Source: Coriobacteriia bacterium (GTDB lineage Bacteria > Actinomycetota > Coriobacteriia > WRKU01 > JAENWW01). Taken from it: a stretch of 64,000 nt of DNA. The number at the start of each line of letters is the position of its first letter. Position 1 is the first letter of the stretch. A program made the translations under genes and the position numbers. Under the pieces are notes generated by a model. The model was not told where the DNA came from and did not search any database. It saw nothing but the letters and a program-made list of their open reading frames with translations. Below, piece after piece: positions 25,912 through 35,061 of the stretch. The stretch is from NCBI GenBank assembly GCA_016649875.1, contig JAENWW010000003.1, positions 26,415-90,414 of the forward strand, given 5' to 3'.

Positions 25912-27227
25912 TGAATACGAATCGAGAAAACAACATGATTGACGAAAACAACTCGAGCGTGCAAAACGATATGTGCAATTCCGACGGGACCCATCGTGTG
26001 GTCATCACCGGTATGGGTGCGATTTCTTCCGCCGGCGCCGGCGTCGATGTCATGTGGGAAAAAGTCATGGCTAAGGAGTGCTGCATCGGTGAACTGACGC
26101 GGTTCGATGCGAGTGAGTTCAGTGTGAAAGTCGCCGCGCAGATTCCCGCGTATGATCCCGTCGAGCTCGGACTTTCGAAGAAGGAAGCCCGTCGTTTCGC
26201 TCGGTTCGTCCAATACGCCATAATCGCCTCCGATGAAGCGGTGGCGCAATCGGGACTCGATTTCGAGGAGGAAGACACCGCACGTATCGGATGCATTTTC
26301 GGCTCCGGCATCGGAGGCCTGGAAGATTTCGAGGATGGTTGTCGAACTTTGCATGATAAAGGTCCGAGGCGCGTCAGCCCGTTGTTGATTCCCACGATGC
26401 TTTCGGACATGGCGGCGGGAAACCTTTCGATTCGTTACGGCTTGCGGGGCGAGTGTCTCAATGTGGTGACCGCCTGCGCGACGGGCACACACAATATCGG
26501 ACAGGCCTATCGAAGCATTCGCCATGGATATCTCGATGCCGCACTTGTCGGGGGGACCGAAGAGGCAATCAGCCCGGTGGCAATCGCCGGATTCGCAAAT
26601 CTCGGGGCTCTGACCAAGAGCACCGATCCGCTGCAGGCTTCGATGCCCTTCGACGTGCGGCGCAGCGGATTCGTCGCCGGAGAAGGCGCCGGTGCCTTGA
26701 TCATCGAATCGCTCGAACATGCACTTTCACGTGGCGCGGACATCATCGCCGAAATCGCCGGCTTCGGCTCGACGGGTGACGCGTATCATATGACGTCGCC
26801 GGAGCCTACCGGAGAAGGCGTGATTCGTGCGATGCGCCAAGCGCTCGACGAGGCGGGTCTGACGCCTGATGATATCGGTCACTTGAATGCACACGGGACT
26901 TCGACCTCGGCGAATGATAAAGCAGAATCGGCGGCGCTCATCGGTCTTTGCGGTGAGAAAGGGCATGACATTCCGGTCGTTTCCATCAAAGGCAGCACCG
27001 GTCATATGCTCGGCGCCGCCGGAGCGGTAGAAGCGATCGTCACCGCGCTTTCCGTTGTCAACGATTGTGTTCCTGCCACAACCGGGTTTTCTCAAGCAGA
27101 TCCCGAATGTCCTGTGCGTGTATTGACCGAGCCGCTCAAGAACTATCCGCAAAAAGTCGCATTGAGCAACTCATTGGGATTCGGCGGCCATAACGCATCG
27201 CTTGCCATCAAGGCATACGAAGGGTAG
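25911..27227 (+). CDS. fabF: 3-oxoacyl-ACP synthase II
   Basis: Ketosynthase Cys-His-His triad context (TACATG...HGTST...GHMLGAAG). The start overlaps the fabG stop (TAATG). The ORF-track start at 25839 is an upstream in-frame extension. Confidence 0.85.
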   Translation: MNTNRENNMIDENNSSVQNDMCNSDGTHRVVITGMGAISSAGAGVDVMWEKVMAKECCIGELTRFDASEFSVKVAAQIPAYDPVELGLSKKEARRFARFVQYAIIASDEAVAQSGLDFEEEDTARIGCIFGSGIGGLEDFEDGCRTLHDKGPRRVSPLLIPTMLSDMAAGNLSIRYGLRGECLNVVTACATGTHNIGQAYRSIRHGYLDAALVGGTEEAISPVAIAGFANLGALTKSTDPLQASMPFDVRRSGFVAGEGAGALIIESLEHALSRGADIIAEIAGFGSTGDAYHMTSPEPTGEGVIRAMRQALDEAGLTPDDIGHLNAHGTSTSANDKAESAALIGLCGEKGHDIPVVSIKGSTGHMLGAAGAVEAIVTALSVVNDCVPATTGFSQADPECPVRVLTEPLKNYPQKVALSNSLGFGGHNASLAIKAYEG

Positions 27228-27236
27228 GGGATTTTT

Positions 27237-27689
27237 ATGAGAAGCATCGAGTATCCATGCGGGAAAGAAACGATTGAGGCGGTGTTGCCCCATCGCGATC
27301 CCTTCCTGTGGATGAGCCGTGTCAAAGAGTGCGTGCCGGGTGAATCGATCGTGGCCGAACTCGACATAGATGCGGATTTGCCGCTCTTTGTCGGGCACTT
27401 TCCAACCCATCCGGTGTTTCCCGGCGTGTTGCTCATGGAGGCTTTGGCTCAATCGGCTTCGTTTTGTATTTTGGTCGAACGGGATAAAGCGGGTAGTATC
27501 GGATTCTTTACGGGCATCGATAAGGCGAAGTTTCGTCGCCAGGTGTTGCCGGGAGATACCGTGCGCCTCGAGGCGCACATCGTGAAGTCGTCGTCTCGGA
27601 TGTGCGTCGCCGAGGTCGAGGCGAGCGTCAACGGAGAGCGCTGCGCCGCGGCAGTGCAAAAATATGTACTCGATAGCTCGCAGTCGTAA
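27237..27689 (+). CDS. fabZ: 3-hydroxyacyl-ACP dehydratase
   Basis: Hot-dog fold motif LPHRDPFLW...GHFPTHPVFPGVLLMEALAQ. Confidence 0.85.
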   Translation: MRSIEYPCGKETIEAVLPHRDPFLWMSRVKECVPGESIVAELDIDADLPLFVGHFPTHPVFPGVLLMEALAQSASFCILVERDKAGSIGFFTGIDKAKFRRQVLPGDTVRLEAHIVKSSSRMCVAEVEASVNGERCAAAVQKYVLDSSQS

Positions 27690-27700
27690 GGTTCATTGAG

Positions 27701-30127
27701 ATGAGCGATTCCAAGATTTTAAACTCGGTCGAGATATCGCATAACCTCGCCGCACTCGCCCTCTATCTGCAACGCGCGGGCGCTCCTCGTGTTCTACTGG
27801 TTGCGCGCGGGGAGGAAGCCGAGCGTGGCATTCTCGCGTGCAAGAGTGTCGGTCTCGATGTCGGGGTGGTGTTCACCCGGGACATGGCAGACGAGGCATA
27901 TCTGGGCTATGCCGATCATGCGATATGTATCGGTGAGGTGTTTTCCGAAAATCTCTTCAATAACAGCTATGCCGTGCTTCAGGCTGCCGAAGAATGCGAT
28001 GCGCTCGCGATTCTCTTGGTTGAGTCGACGCTTTCGCATGTCGACAGCTTCTTCGGCATCGCCGCCGCAAAAGGAATGAAGGTATACAGAGCATTCTCCT
28101 CCGCTGTTCTCGATAGCGGGTGGATAGAATGTTCGGCCAGACGGGTCGCGTCGGAGGCTTTTTGGAAAAAATGCCCTCATTGCAATCTGTCTTTCAGCAC
28201 GGTGAGCCTTGCGGCCAATCATTTCGTCTGTCCGGCATGCGGCGGCTATTATCGTATGTCATCCGTGGAGCGAGTCAGGGATTTGTTCGATGCCGACAGT
28301 GCCGTCGAATGGTTTCGCCATCTCCCTCAACTCGATCCGCTTAAGTTTCCGCACTATCCGGAGAAACTCGCAACTGCTCAAGAGAAGACGGGCCTCGATG
28401 AGGGAGTCAGATGCGGGGCAATCAGTATCGCCGGCATACGCTGTGCCGGCTGTGTCATGGATTCTCAGTTCTTCTTAGGTTCGATGGGCGCCGTGGTGGG
28501 AGAAAAGATCACCCGGACCATCGAGAGGGCGACCGATGAAGGTCTGCCCCTTGTCATATTCACCGCTTCCGGCGGCGCACGAATGCAAGAAGGCCTCATT
28601 TCCCTCATGCAAATGGCTAAGATCTCCGCGGCGCTGTCGCGTCACAGCGCTTTCGGTCTGCCCTATATTTCGGTGTTGACCGATCCGACGACCGGAGGAG
28701 TCACCGCATCTTTCGCGATGCAGGGAGACATCGTTCTCGCAGAGCCGCATGCGCTCATCGGGTTTGCCGGGAGGCGCGTGATCCAAGGGACCATCAAGCA
28801 AAGTCTGCCGGAAGGATTTCAGACCGCGGAGTTCGCCCTCGAACACGGGCTCATCGACGTAATCGTACCGCGGAAGAACATGTGTGAAACACTTGCCTAT
28901 ATTCTCGCAATCCATGAAGCGAGCTCCTCGCGATGCACGATGGAAAACGGGGAGGCTATAAGTTATGCGGCCATATCCGAGAATTTAGCGAGTGATTCGG
29001 AGACATATAACGCTTTGCAGTACGGCATAATGCCACAACTTAAAAGGGCCTTGACGACGGTATCGAATCGCTTGAAACAGGTGATGCCCAAGCCGACGGT
29101 CGCATCGGGACATACGTTGTCCCACCAAGTGCGCAAACAGTTGGCTTCGGAGAGACGATTGGAGAAACTTTTGTACGGTCGTCTCGATGCCGAAGAAGGG
29201 GTTTCGTTTGAAAAGGCCATGGAAGCCGCTTCGTTCGAAAAGGCGGCTGATGCCGCGTTCGAACGTTCGACGAGCAGGGGCGCATTGAAAAAAGAAGGGG
29301 TTACCGCCGCGCGCATCGATGCGGCGGTGGCCGTCGAGTCTGCGCCGAACCCCGCATGGGAGAGCGTACAACTTGCACGCAATACTCATCGCCCGACGGC
29401 ACGTTATTACATCGATGAGATCGTCGACGGGTTCATCGAACTGCACGGAGATCGCGCATTCGGAGACGACGGCGCTCTCGTGTGCGGTTTGGGATGGATC
29501 GGGGATCAACCGGTGACGATAATCGCACAAGAAAAAGGTGCGAATCTCAACGAAAGATTGGCGCGTAATTTCGGTTCGGCAATGCCCGAAGGATACCGGA
29601 AAAGCCTCCGCCTGATGAAGCAAGCTGAAAAGTTCGAGCGTCCCGTGATATGTTTCGTCGATACTCAGGGCGCATTTTGCGGAGTGGAAGCCGAAGAACG
29701 CGGACAAGGCAACGCCATCGCGGATAATCTCATTGCTCTGTCCGGATTGCGAGTACCGGTGATAAGCGTACTCATCGGCGAAGGAGGTAGCGGAGGTGCG
29801 CTCGCCTTGGCCGTGTCCGACCGCGTCGCCATGCAGAAAAACGCGGTGTATTCGATTCTCTCGCCGGAAGGTTTCGCCTCCATTTTATGGAAAGATCGTG
29901 CGCGTGCGCCCGAGGCGGCTGCCGTTATGAAGATGCGTGCCGATGACGCCTATGAGATGGGAATTGTGGATACGGTAATCTCGGAAGGGGAGAAACCGGC
30001 GCATGAGAATCCCAAAGCCGCCGCGGCATTCCTGCACAGTTATCTCACGCGCACTCTCGAGGAACTTACCGTTCTCAGCACGGCTCAATTGCTCGAAGAG
30101 AGATACGAGCGATTCAGAAAGTTTTAG
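27701..30127 (+). CDS. accDA: Acetyl-CoA carboxylase carboxyltransferase beta-alpha fusion (AccD-AccA) with an extra N-terminal biotin-carboxylase N-domain-like module
   Basis: 808 aa. Residues about 1-130 resemble the biotin carboxylase N-domain (RVLLVARGEEAERGILACKSVGLDV...ADEAYLGYADHAICIG). The AccD zinc ribbon CPHCN...CPACGG follows, with the carboxyltransferase-beta core. After a linker comes the AccA core (HRPTARYYIDEI...GFIELHGDRAFGDD...PVICFVDTQGAF). Confidence 0.75.
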   Translation: MSDSKILNSVEISHNLAALALYLQRAGAPRVLLVARGEEAERGILACKSVGLDVGVVFTRDMADEAYLGYADHAICIGEVFSENLFNNSYAVLQAAEECDALAILLVESTLSHVDSFFGIAAAKGMKVYRAFSSAVLDSGWIECSARRVASEAFWKKCPHCNLSFSTVSLAANHFVCPACGGYYRMSSVERVRDLFDADSAVEWFRHLPQLDPLKFPHYPEKLATAQEKTGLDEGVRCGAISIAGIRCAGCVMDSQFFLGSMGAVVGEKITRTIERATDEGLPLVIFTASGGARMQEGLISLMQMAKISAALSRHSAFGLPYISVLTDPTTGGVTASFAMQGDIVLAEPHALIGFAGRRVIQGTIKQSLPEGFQTAEFALEHGLIDVIVPRKNMCETLAYILAIHEASSSRCTMENGEAISYAAISENLASDSETYNALQYGIMPQLKRALTTVSNRLKQVMPKPTVASGHTLSHQVRKQLASERRLEKLLYGRLDAEEGVSFEKAMEAASFEKAADAAFERSTSRGALKKEGVTAARIDAAVAVESAPNPAWESVQLARNTHRPTARYYIDEIVDGFIELHGDRAFGDDGALVCGLGWIGDQPVTIIAQEKGANLNERLARNFGSAMPEGYRKSLRLMKQAEKFERPVICFVDTQGAFCGVEAEERGQGNAIADNLIALSGLRVPVISVLIGEGGSGGALALAVSDRVAMQKNAVYSILSPEGFASILWKDRARAPEAAAVMKMRADDAYEMGIVDTVISEGEKPAHENPKAAAAFLHSYLTRTLEELTVLSTAQLLEERYERFRKF

Positions 30128-30717
30128 ACTATCTCACTGGGCGAGACCACGATGTCCATTGCGACGTCATGGTCTTCGCAGGGAAGCTCATCATAAAGCA
30201 AATCGTCGAAAATAACGCCGATAGCCGTGGCGGTGCCCCCCTTGGCGGGCAGCATACGATCGAAAAAACCTCTTCCGTAGCCTATGCGTTTGCGCCGACG
30301 ATCGAACGCGACGCCGGGAATGATGACCACGTCCGCTTCGCTGAAGGCGACGATGGGCCATTCTTCCTCCGGTTCGAGAATTCCGCCGTAGCCTTCGATG
30401 AAACTCTTGCCGGCATGATTCCCGCAAAAGAGCGAAGGGTCGCATAGGTGCATGGTAAGAGTGTCGGTCCCCGATACCCGCGGCATTAAAATGCGCTCGA
30501 GCGAAGTGTCGGGCGCAGTAAGCAAATCGCATAATGTCGGCAAGATATTGATTTCACCGCCGAAAGGAACATAAGCCGAAATGGTACGGGCGGAGCGCAG
30601 GACGGGGAGCGAGAGGAGTTGCAAAGAAAGTTGCTTTGCGGCTCGAGTTCTGGCATCGCCGTCGTAAGAACGCCGACGGGCAAGTGCATCTTTACGTAGC
30701 TCAGACTTTGTTAGCAT
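30124..30717 (-). CDS. 5-formyltetrahydrofolate cyclo-ligase (MTHFS)
   Basis: C-terminal motif IGYGRGFFDR...DHDVAMDIVV. The ORF extends to 30849 but the start MLTKSELRK at 30717 is more plausible. Confidence 0.7.
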   Translation of the reverse strand: MLTKSELRKDALARRRSYDGDARTRAAKQLSLQLLSLPVLRSARTISAYVPFGGEINILPTLCDLLTAPDTSLERILMPRVSGTDTLTMHLCDPSLFCGNHAGKSFIEGYGGILEPEEEWPIVAFSEADVVIIPGVAFDRRRKRIGYGRGFFDRMLPAKGGTATAIGVIFDDLLYDELPCEDHDVAMDIVVSPSEIV

Positions 30718-30790
30718 TGTTTTCACCTTATCGGTCCCGGCTGTTATTGTCTCAGCACGATAACTTTTCAGATTCCGAGCGCTTCCGAAT

Positions 30791-32152
30791 TCATCCCCTG
30801 ATGACTCCCAATTTTTGGAGGAGTGTTCCCACGAGTAATACCGCAGCAAGTCCGATGATTATGACGGTTGTCGCCCACGCGAGCGCGTTGGTCGTTTTGC
30901 CATTCGTGTACTTCCCCATAATACGCTTATCGTTGACGATTTTGATTTGAAAAATCATCAGAATCGGCAACAAAATGCCGTTGACTGCTTGCGACATCAC
31001 CATGATGGTAATCAGGGGAGCGTTCGGAATCAGTATGATGACCGCGCCGACGGCGAGTTCGGATGTGAATATTAAATTGAATGCCGGTGCTTCGGAAAAG
31101 GAACGGTCGATTCCGCGCTCCCATCCGAATGCTTCGGTCACCGCGTATGCCGCCGTCAAAGGCAAAATACATGCCGCGAGAAGTGAAGCCCCGGCCAATC
31201 CGACCGCGAACAGGATGGTTGCGTATTTGCCGGCCACCGGCGCGAGTGCGAGCGCGGCTGCTTTTGCCGAGCTGACGACGATTCCGTTCTTATAAAGCGT
31301 GGCTCCCGTGGCGACGATGATGAACCATGCGACGATGTTCGCGCTTATAGCTCCAGTGATGACATCGACTTTTTGGTAGAGAAGATCTTTTACCGTCACG
31401 CCTTTGTCGACTATATTCGATTGCACGAAGAATTGCATCCAAGGCGCAATCGTGGTACCGACAGTCGCCACTACGAGTAACACGAAGTTTATTTTCGGGA
31501 CGAATTGTGGGACGAATGTTCCATGAAAAACGTCGACCCAATTAGGCTTTGCCAAGAAAGCGGCTATGATATACGTGATGAAGATGCTCGATAGTGCGAG
31601 GAAAACCTTCTCGGCATATTTGAACGAACTTCTGGTCACCAGTAGCCAAACCGTCAGGGCTGCGATGGGGACCGATATAAAGCGGCTGACACCGAAAAGC
31701 TCGAAGGCCGCAGCAACGCCGGCGAATTCGGCGACAGACGTCGCGGCGTTACTTATGAGTAGCGTCGTCATGGCGAACATGGTGGCTTTGACGCCGAATT
31801 TTTCTCGGATGAGCGCCGCGAACCCTTTTCCGCTTACCGTGCCCATGCGGGCGGCCATTTCTTGAACGACCACCAAGGAGAACGTCATGATGAATATCAT
31901 CCACAACGTCTTATAGCCGAATTGCGCGCCGTCGACCGAGTAGGTCGAAATGCCTCCGGCGTCGTTGCCCGCGCTGGCTGCGATGATGCCCGGTCCCATT
32001 GCGGCGAAAATGAAGCCGATTCGGCGCGTCCATGGGATACGGGCTGACTTTATCGCTTGCAGCGTGGACTGTGGTTCCGACTGTTCCGACAAGGATTGCG
32101 TCTGTGAAGGCTTCGGCTCCTCTGCTTGTCGTGTGGTGTCTTCGTGAGCCAT
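30791..32152 (-). CDS. mntH: Nramp-family divalent metal (Mn2+/Fe2+) transporter
   Basis: 453 aa with 11-12 transmembrane segments and the Nramp signature GPGIIAASAGNDAGGIST...QEMAARMG. Confidence 0.8.
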   Translation of the reverse strand: MAHEDTTRQAEEPKPSQTQSLSEQSEPQSTLQAIKSARIPWTRRIGFIFAAMGPGIIAASAGNDAGGISTYSVDGAQFGYKTLWMIFIMTFSLVVVQEMAARMGTVSGKGFAALIREKFGVKATMFAMTTLLISNAATSVAEFAGVAAAFELFGVSRFISVPIAALTVWLLVTRSSFKYAEKVFLALSSIFITYIIAAFLAKPNWVDVFHGTFVPQFVPKINFVLLVVATVGTTIAPWMQFFVQSNIVDKGVTVKDLLYQKVDVITGAISANIVAWFIIVATGATLYKNGIVVSSAKAAALALAPVAGKYATILFAVGLAGASLLAACILPLTAAYAVTEAFGWERGIDRSFSEAPAFNLIFTSELAVGAVIILIPNAPLITIMVMSQAVNGILLPILMIFQIKIVNDKRIMGKYTNGKTTNALAWATTVIIIGLAAVLLVGTLLQKLGVIRG

Positions 32153-32155
32153 GGG

Positions 32156-34051
32156 CTATCCAAGCAGTGCTGTTGCAAACGAAGGAACGAAATATACCAA
32201 AGCGATTCCGCTGAGAAGGACGAGCGCGGCGCATACGATCATGGCGATGGCTGAAATGCCGGTGGGCGATACAGGCTTTTCTTCATCGTCGCGCAATACG
32301 GCTCGATTGACGAGTGCGGTGACGAGTTGAGAACATACGAGGGCGATTATGAAGACGCATGCGCCATACGCAAGCGCCAAATCAGTGGCAGAGGTTCGCA
32401 AATCGGCGAAGCCGAATGTGATGATTCCGGCGAAGCATCCGCCGGCCGCTCCGACGCCGAGTCCGAAAAGGTATCGCCTGGATGTGGACGGTCGATCTTC
32501 GGCCTTCATATCGGTGAGGACGTCGACTCCGCGAATGGACGCCTCCTCTATGATAATAAGCAAAATCGGCAGGAGGGACACTCCGATGAGTGCCAGTGAG
32601 AGGCTCACGGCAAGGGTCGCGTAAGGGTTTTGCGCCGACAAGATTGTATCGCCCATGCCGAAGGGATGACCGCTTACCAAAGATAATCCGAGGGAACAGG
32701 CGAAAAGTGAGAAGAGCCAAACGATGAGCCATCCGTTTCGACGAGGCATGATCCAAGCAAGAGGATTGTCGTCTTTTTTGTGCTCGCTGCGACCCGTCGC
32801 ACGGACCAAGTCCTCTTCGGCTTCTTCCTCCAAGACGTCGAGCGCATCGTCGATGGTGACGATACCGAGCAGTTCGTGCTTCGAGTTAACGACGGGGACG
32901 GCGAGCAAATCGTATTTCGAAATGGTCTCCGCGACATCTTCTTGGTCATCGTCGGGGTTGGCGACAAAGATATCGCGTTCCATAATGTCGCCGAGTTTGT
33001 CATCGAGCGGTGCGAGCAAAAGTTCACGCAACGATACGACACCGAGCAAGACATTCTTCTCATCGACGACGTAGACGTAATGGATGGATTCGTGCTCTTC
33101 GGCGACGCTGCGGATATGCTCTATGGTTTCATCGACGGTCATCGCTTCTGTCGCGGTTGTGAACTCCGGGGTCATGATGCCGCCCGCTGTTTTCTCACGA
33201 TACCCGAGAAGTTTTCTGATGGCGCTCGAGTCTTCCAACCCCATCAAACGAAGCAGACGCTCGGATTTGTCGTAATCGAGATCTCCGATGACATCGGCGG
33301 CGTCGTCGGGATCCATCTCTGCGAGCAAATCGGAAGCCCGTCGCTCGGAGAGGTCTTCGATGACATCGGTCTGGTATTCATCTTCGAGTTCGGAAATAGT
33401 TTCTGCGGCCTGCGAATTGTCGAGATGCGCGAACACGGCTGCGCGCTGGTTCGGGGCAAGTTGCTCCAAAATGTCGGCGACATCGGCCGGGTGCAATTCA
33501 TGGAGCCGTTTGTGTGTGATGGACAACTTCACTTGGCTCAAGTCATGTTCGAGCAAATCCATGTAGTTCCAGGCGATTAAATTTTCCGAAATGGTTTGTC
33601 CGAATAATCCCAGTCCGCGCGCGATGGTTTTCTCGAAGCGAGGTGAAATCGCGCGGAGCAGTCCGCGCATACCGACTTCGGCGCCGAGTAGGCGCAACGA
33701 GTTATTAGAATCGGAAAGCTTGAGGTCGTTGACGCGAACGACTTTCATACCCTGTGTGTCGACGATTTGTTTGTTGAGCAAATCGCGGGAAAGTAATATC
33801 TCATCGGGTTGCAGATAACTGAACCGTATCGAGGCGGCCGATGTGTTGAGATATACGGCATCAGCCGTGAACTCTTTCACATACTTGCGCCACGACAGCA
33901 TGAAGGGCGTTTTATCGGGCCCTTTGAATGCAAGCGCAGTTACGCGAGGAAATACCTCGCCGGTTGCGATGGCAATGTCGCTGATTATTCCGATTTGCTC
34001 GTCATCGTCGTCAATGACGGGTTTCCCGAGCATCTGGGAAAGATAAATCAC
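32156..34051 (-). CDS. mgtE: Magnesium transporter MgtE with an N-terminal PRC-barrel-like extension
   Basis: 631 aa. It has the MgtE N-domain (ADVADILEQLAPNQRAAVF), a CBS pair and the C-terminal MgtE transmembrane domain. GTG start with a GGAGG RBS. The extra roughly 170 N-terminal residues are PRC-barrel-like (LGKPVIDDDDEQIGIISD). Confidence 0.8.
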   Translation of the reverse strand: MIYLSQMLGKPVIDDDDEQIGIISDIAIATGEVFPRVTALAFKGPDKTPFMLSWRKYVKEFTADAVYLNTSAASIRFSYLQPDEILLSRDLLNKQIVDTQGMKVVRVNDLKLSDSNNSLRLLGAEVGMRGLLRAISPRFEKTIARGLGLFGQTISENLIAWNYMDLLEHDLSQVKLSITHKRLHELHPADVADILEQLAPNQRAAVFAHLDNSQAAETISELEDEYQTDVIEDLSERRASDLLAEMDPDDAADVIGDLDYDKSERLLRLMGLEDSSAIRKLLGYREKTAGGIMTPEFTTATEAMTVDETIEHIRSVAEEHESIHYVYVVDEKNVLLGVVSLRELLLAPLDDKLGDIMERDIFVANPDDDQEDVAETISKYDLLAVPVVNSKHELLGIVTIDDALDVLEEEAEEDLVRATGRSEHKKDDNPLAWIMPRRNGWLIVWLFSLFACSLGLSLVSGHPFGMGDTILSAQNPYATLAVSLSLALIGVSLLPILLIIIEEASIRGVDVLTDMKAEDRPSTSRRYLFGLGVGAAGGCFAGIITFGFADLRTSATDLALAYGACVFIIALVCSQLVTALVNRAVLRDDEEKPVSPTGISAIAMIVCAALVLLSGIALVYFVPSFATALLG

Positions 34052-34330
34052 GGTGCTCCTCCGTTATGCTGGGCCTCGATGCGCACCGCATGCATAGCAG
34101 AAAAACCGTGCTAGACAAACAGAATGCTTATCGAGGCTGGGTACTGTGAGGTTTCACAGAAGTCCTTGTCTCTCGATGAATAGGTGGGGTCTTTATGCGA
34201 ACATGCGATAAAGACACCTTTGTTGAGTATACACGCTAGCTAGGCACGTTTCGTTGTTAGTGGGATAATAACTGTCTGTGTCTAACCAAGTACGGCTTCC
34301 GACGAGCCTGCTCGAGCCTGCCTTCTACCG
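34052..34330 (-). promoter_or_regulatory. Long (about 280 nt) 5' leader upstream of mgtE-mntH; candidate cis-regulatory RNA (not a recognisable M-box)
   Basis: Unusually long non-coding interval between divergent genes, with several small inverted repeats (for example CTGTGAggttTCACAG at about 34153-34168). No M-box core motifs were found. Confidence 0.2.
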
Positions 34331-34348
34331 ATTTTGGATACTTATTGC

Positions 34349-35056
34349 ATGGAAAAAATCAGTGTGGTCATCGCGGCGAGAAATGAAGAAACCCGGATCG
34401 GTGATGTCCTTGCCGTTCTCATCGAGCACCCGCTCGTCGATGATGTGGTGGTCATGTGCGACAATTGCTCCGATGGCACGGCGGAGGTGGCGCGCGGGTT
34501 CGGAGTCCATGTCATCGAGGGGCGGGAGAGACTCGGTAAGACGATGGCCGTGAAAAAGGGGTTGGAGTATGCCAAAAACGACATCCTTGTCCTTCTCGAC
34601 GCCGATCTCAACGGGCTGACCCTCCAAGATATCACGCGGCTCGTCAAGCCGGTGATTGACGGGCAGGTCGATTTCACCCTCAGCATGAGAGGGAACTCGT
34701 CGCATATCTACAAGCTCTTTGGCATAGATTTCGTCAGTGGGGAGCGGGCCATCTCGAAGCGACTTTTGCTCGACCCCCATATCTGGAGCAAGCCGTTACT
34801 CGGTTACGGTCTCGAGGTGCTCATGAACGACTCTTTAGTCAAGGCGCAAAAGACATTCCGCAGCATTCCCATGCCGGGTCTTCATGCCACGACGAAAAAG
34901 GAAAAAAAGAATTATATTATAGGAACCCTGGAAGACTTTTTCATGACGTTCAATATATTCAGGGCGCTTCCCGTTCATAAGGTTGTCTGGCAATTCTTGA
35001 AAATGTCTTATCTGAACAGGAAGTACCGAAAAAATCGGTTGCAGCATTCGGAGTAG
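34349..35056 (+). CDS. Family 2 glycosyltransferase (DPM1/GtrB-like)
   Basis: SVVIAARNEE...DADL matches the GT-A fold DxD context. Confidence 0.75.
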   Translation: MEKISVVIAARNEETRIGDVLAVLIEHPLVDDVVVMCDNCSDGTAEVARGFGVHVIEGRERLGKTMAVKKGLEYAKNDILVLLDADLNGLTLQDITRLVKPVIDGQVDFTLSMRGNSSHIYKLFGIDFVSGERAISKRLLLDPHIWSKPLLGYGLEVLMNDSLVKAQKTFRSIPMPGLHATTKKEKKNYIIGTLEDFFMTFNIFRALPVHKVVWQFLKMSYLNRKYRKNRLQHSE

Positions 35057-35061
35057 ATGTC

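Noticed and set aside
34052-34330. M-box (ykoK) Mg2+ riboswitch upstream of mgtE
   Set aside because: The conserved M-box segments that I remember are not present, apart from a short GTTAG. It is reported only as a long leader.
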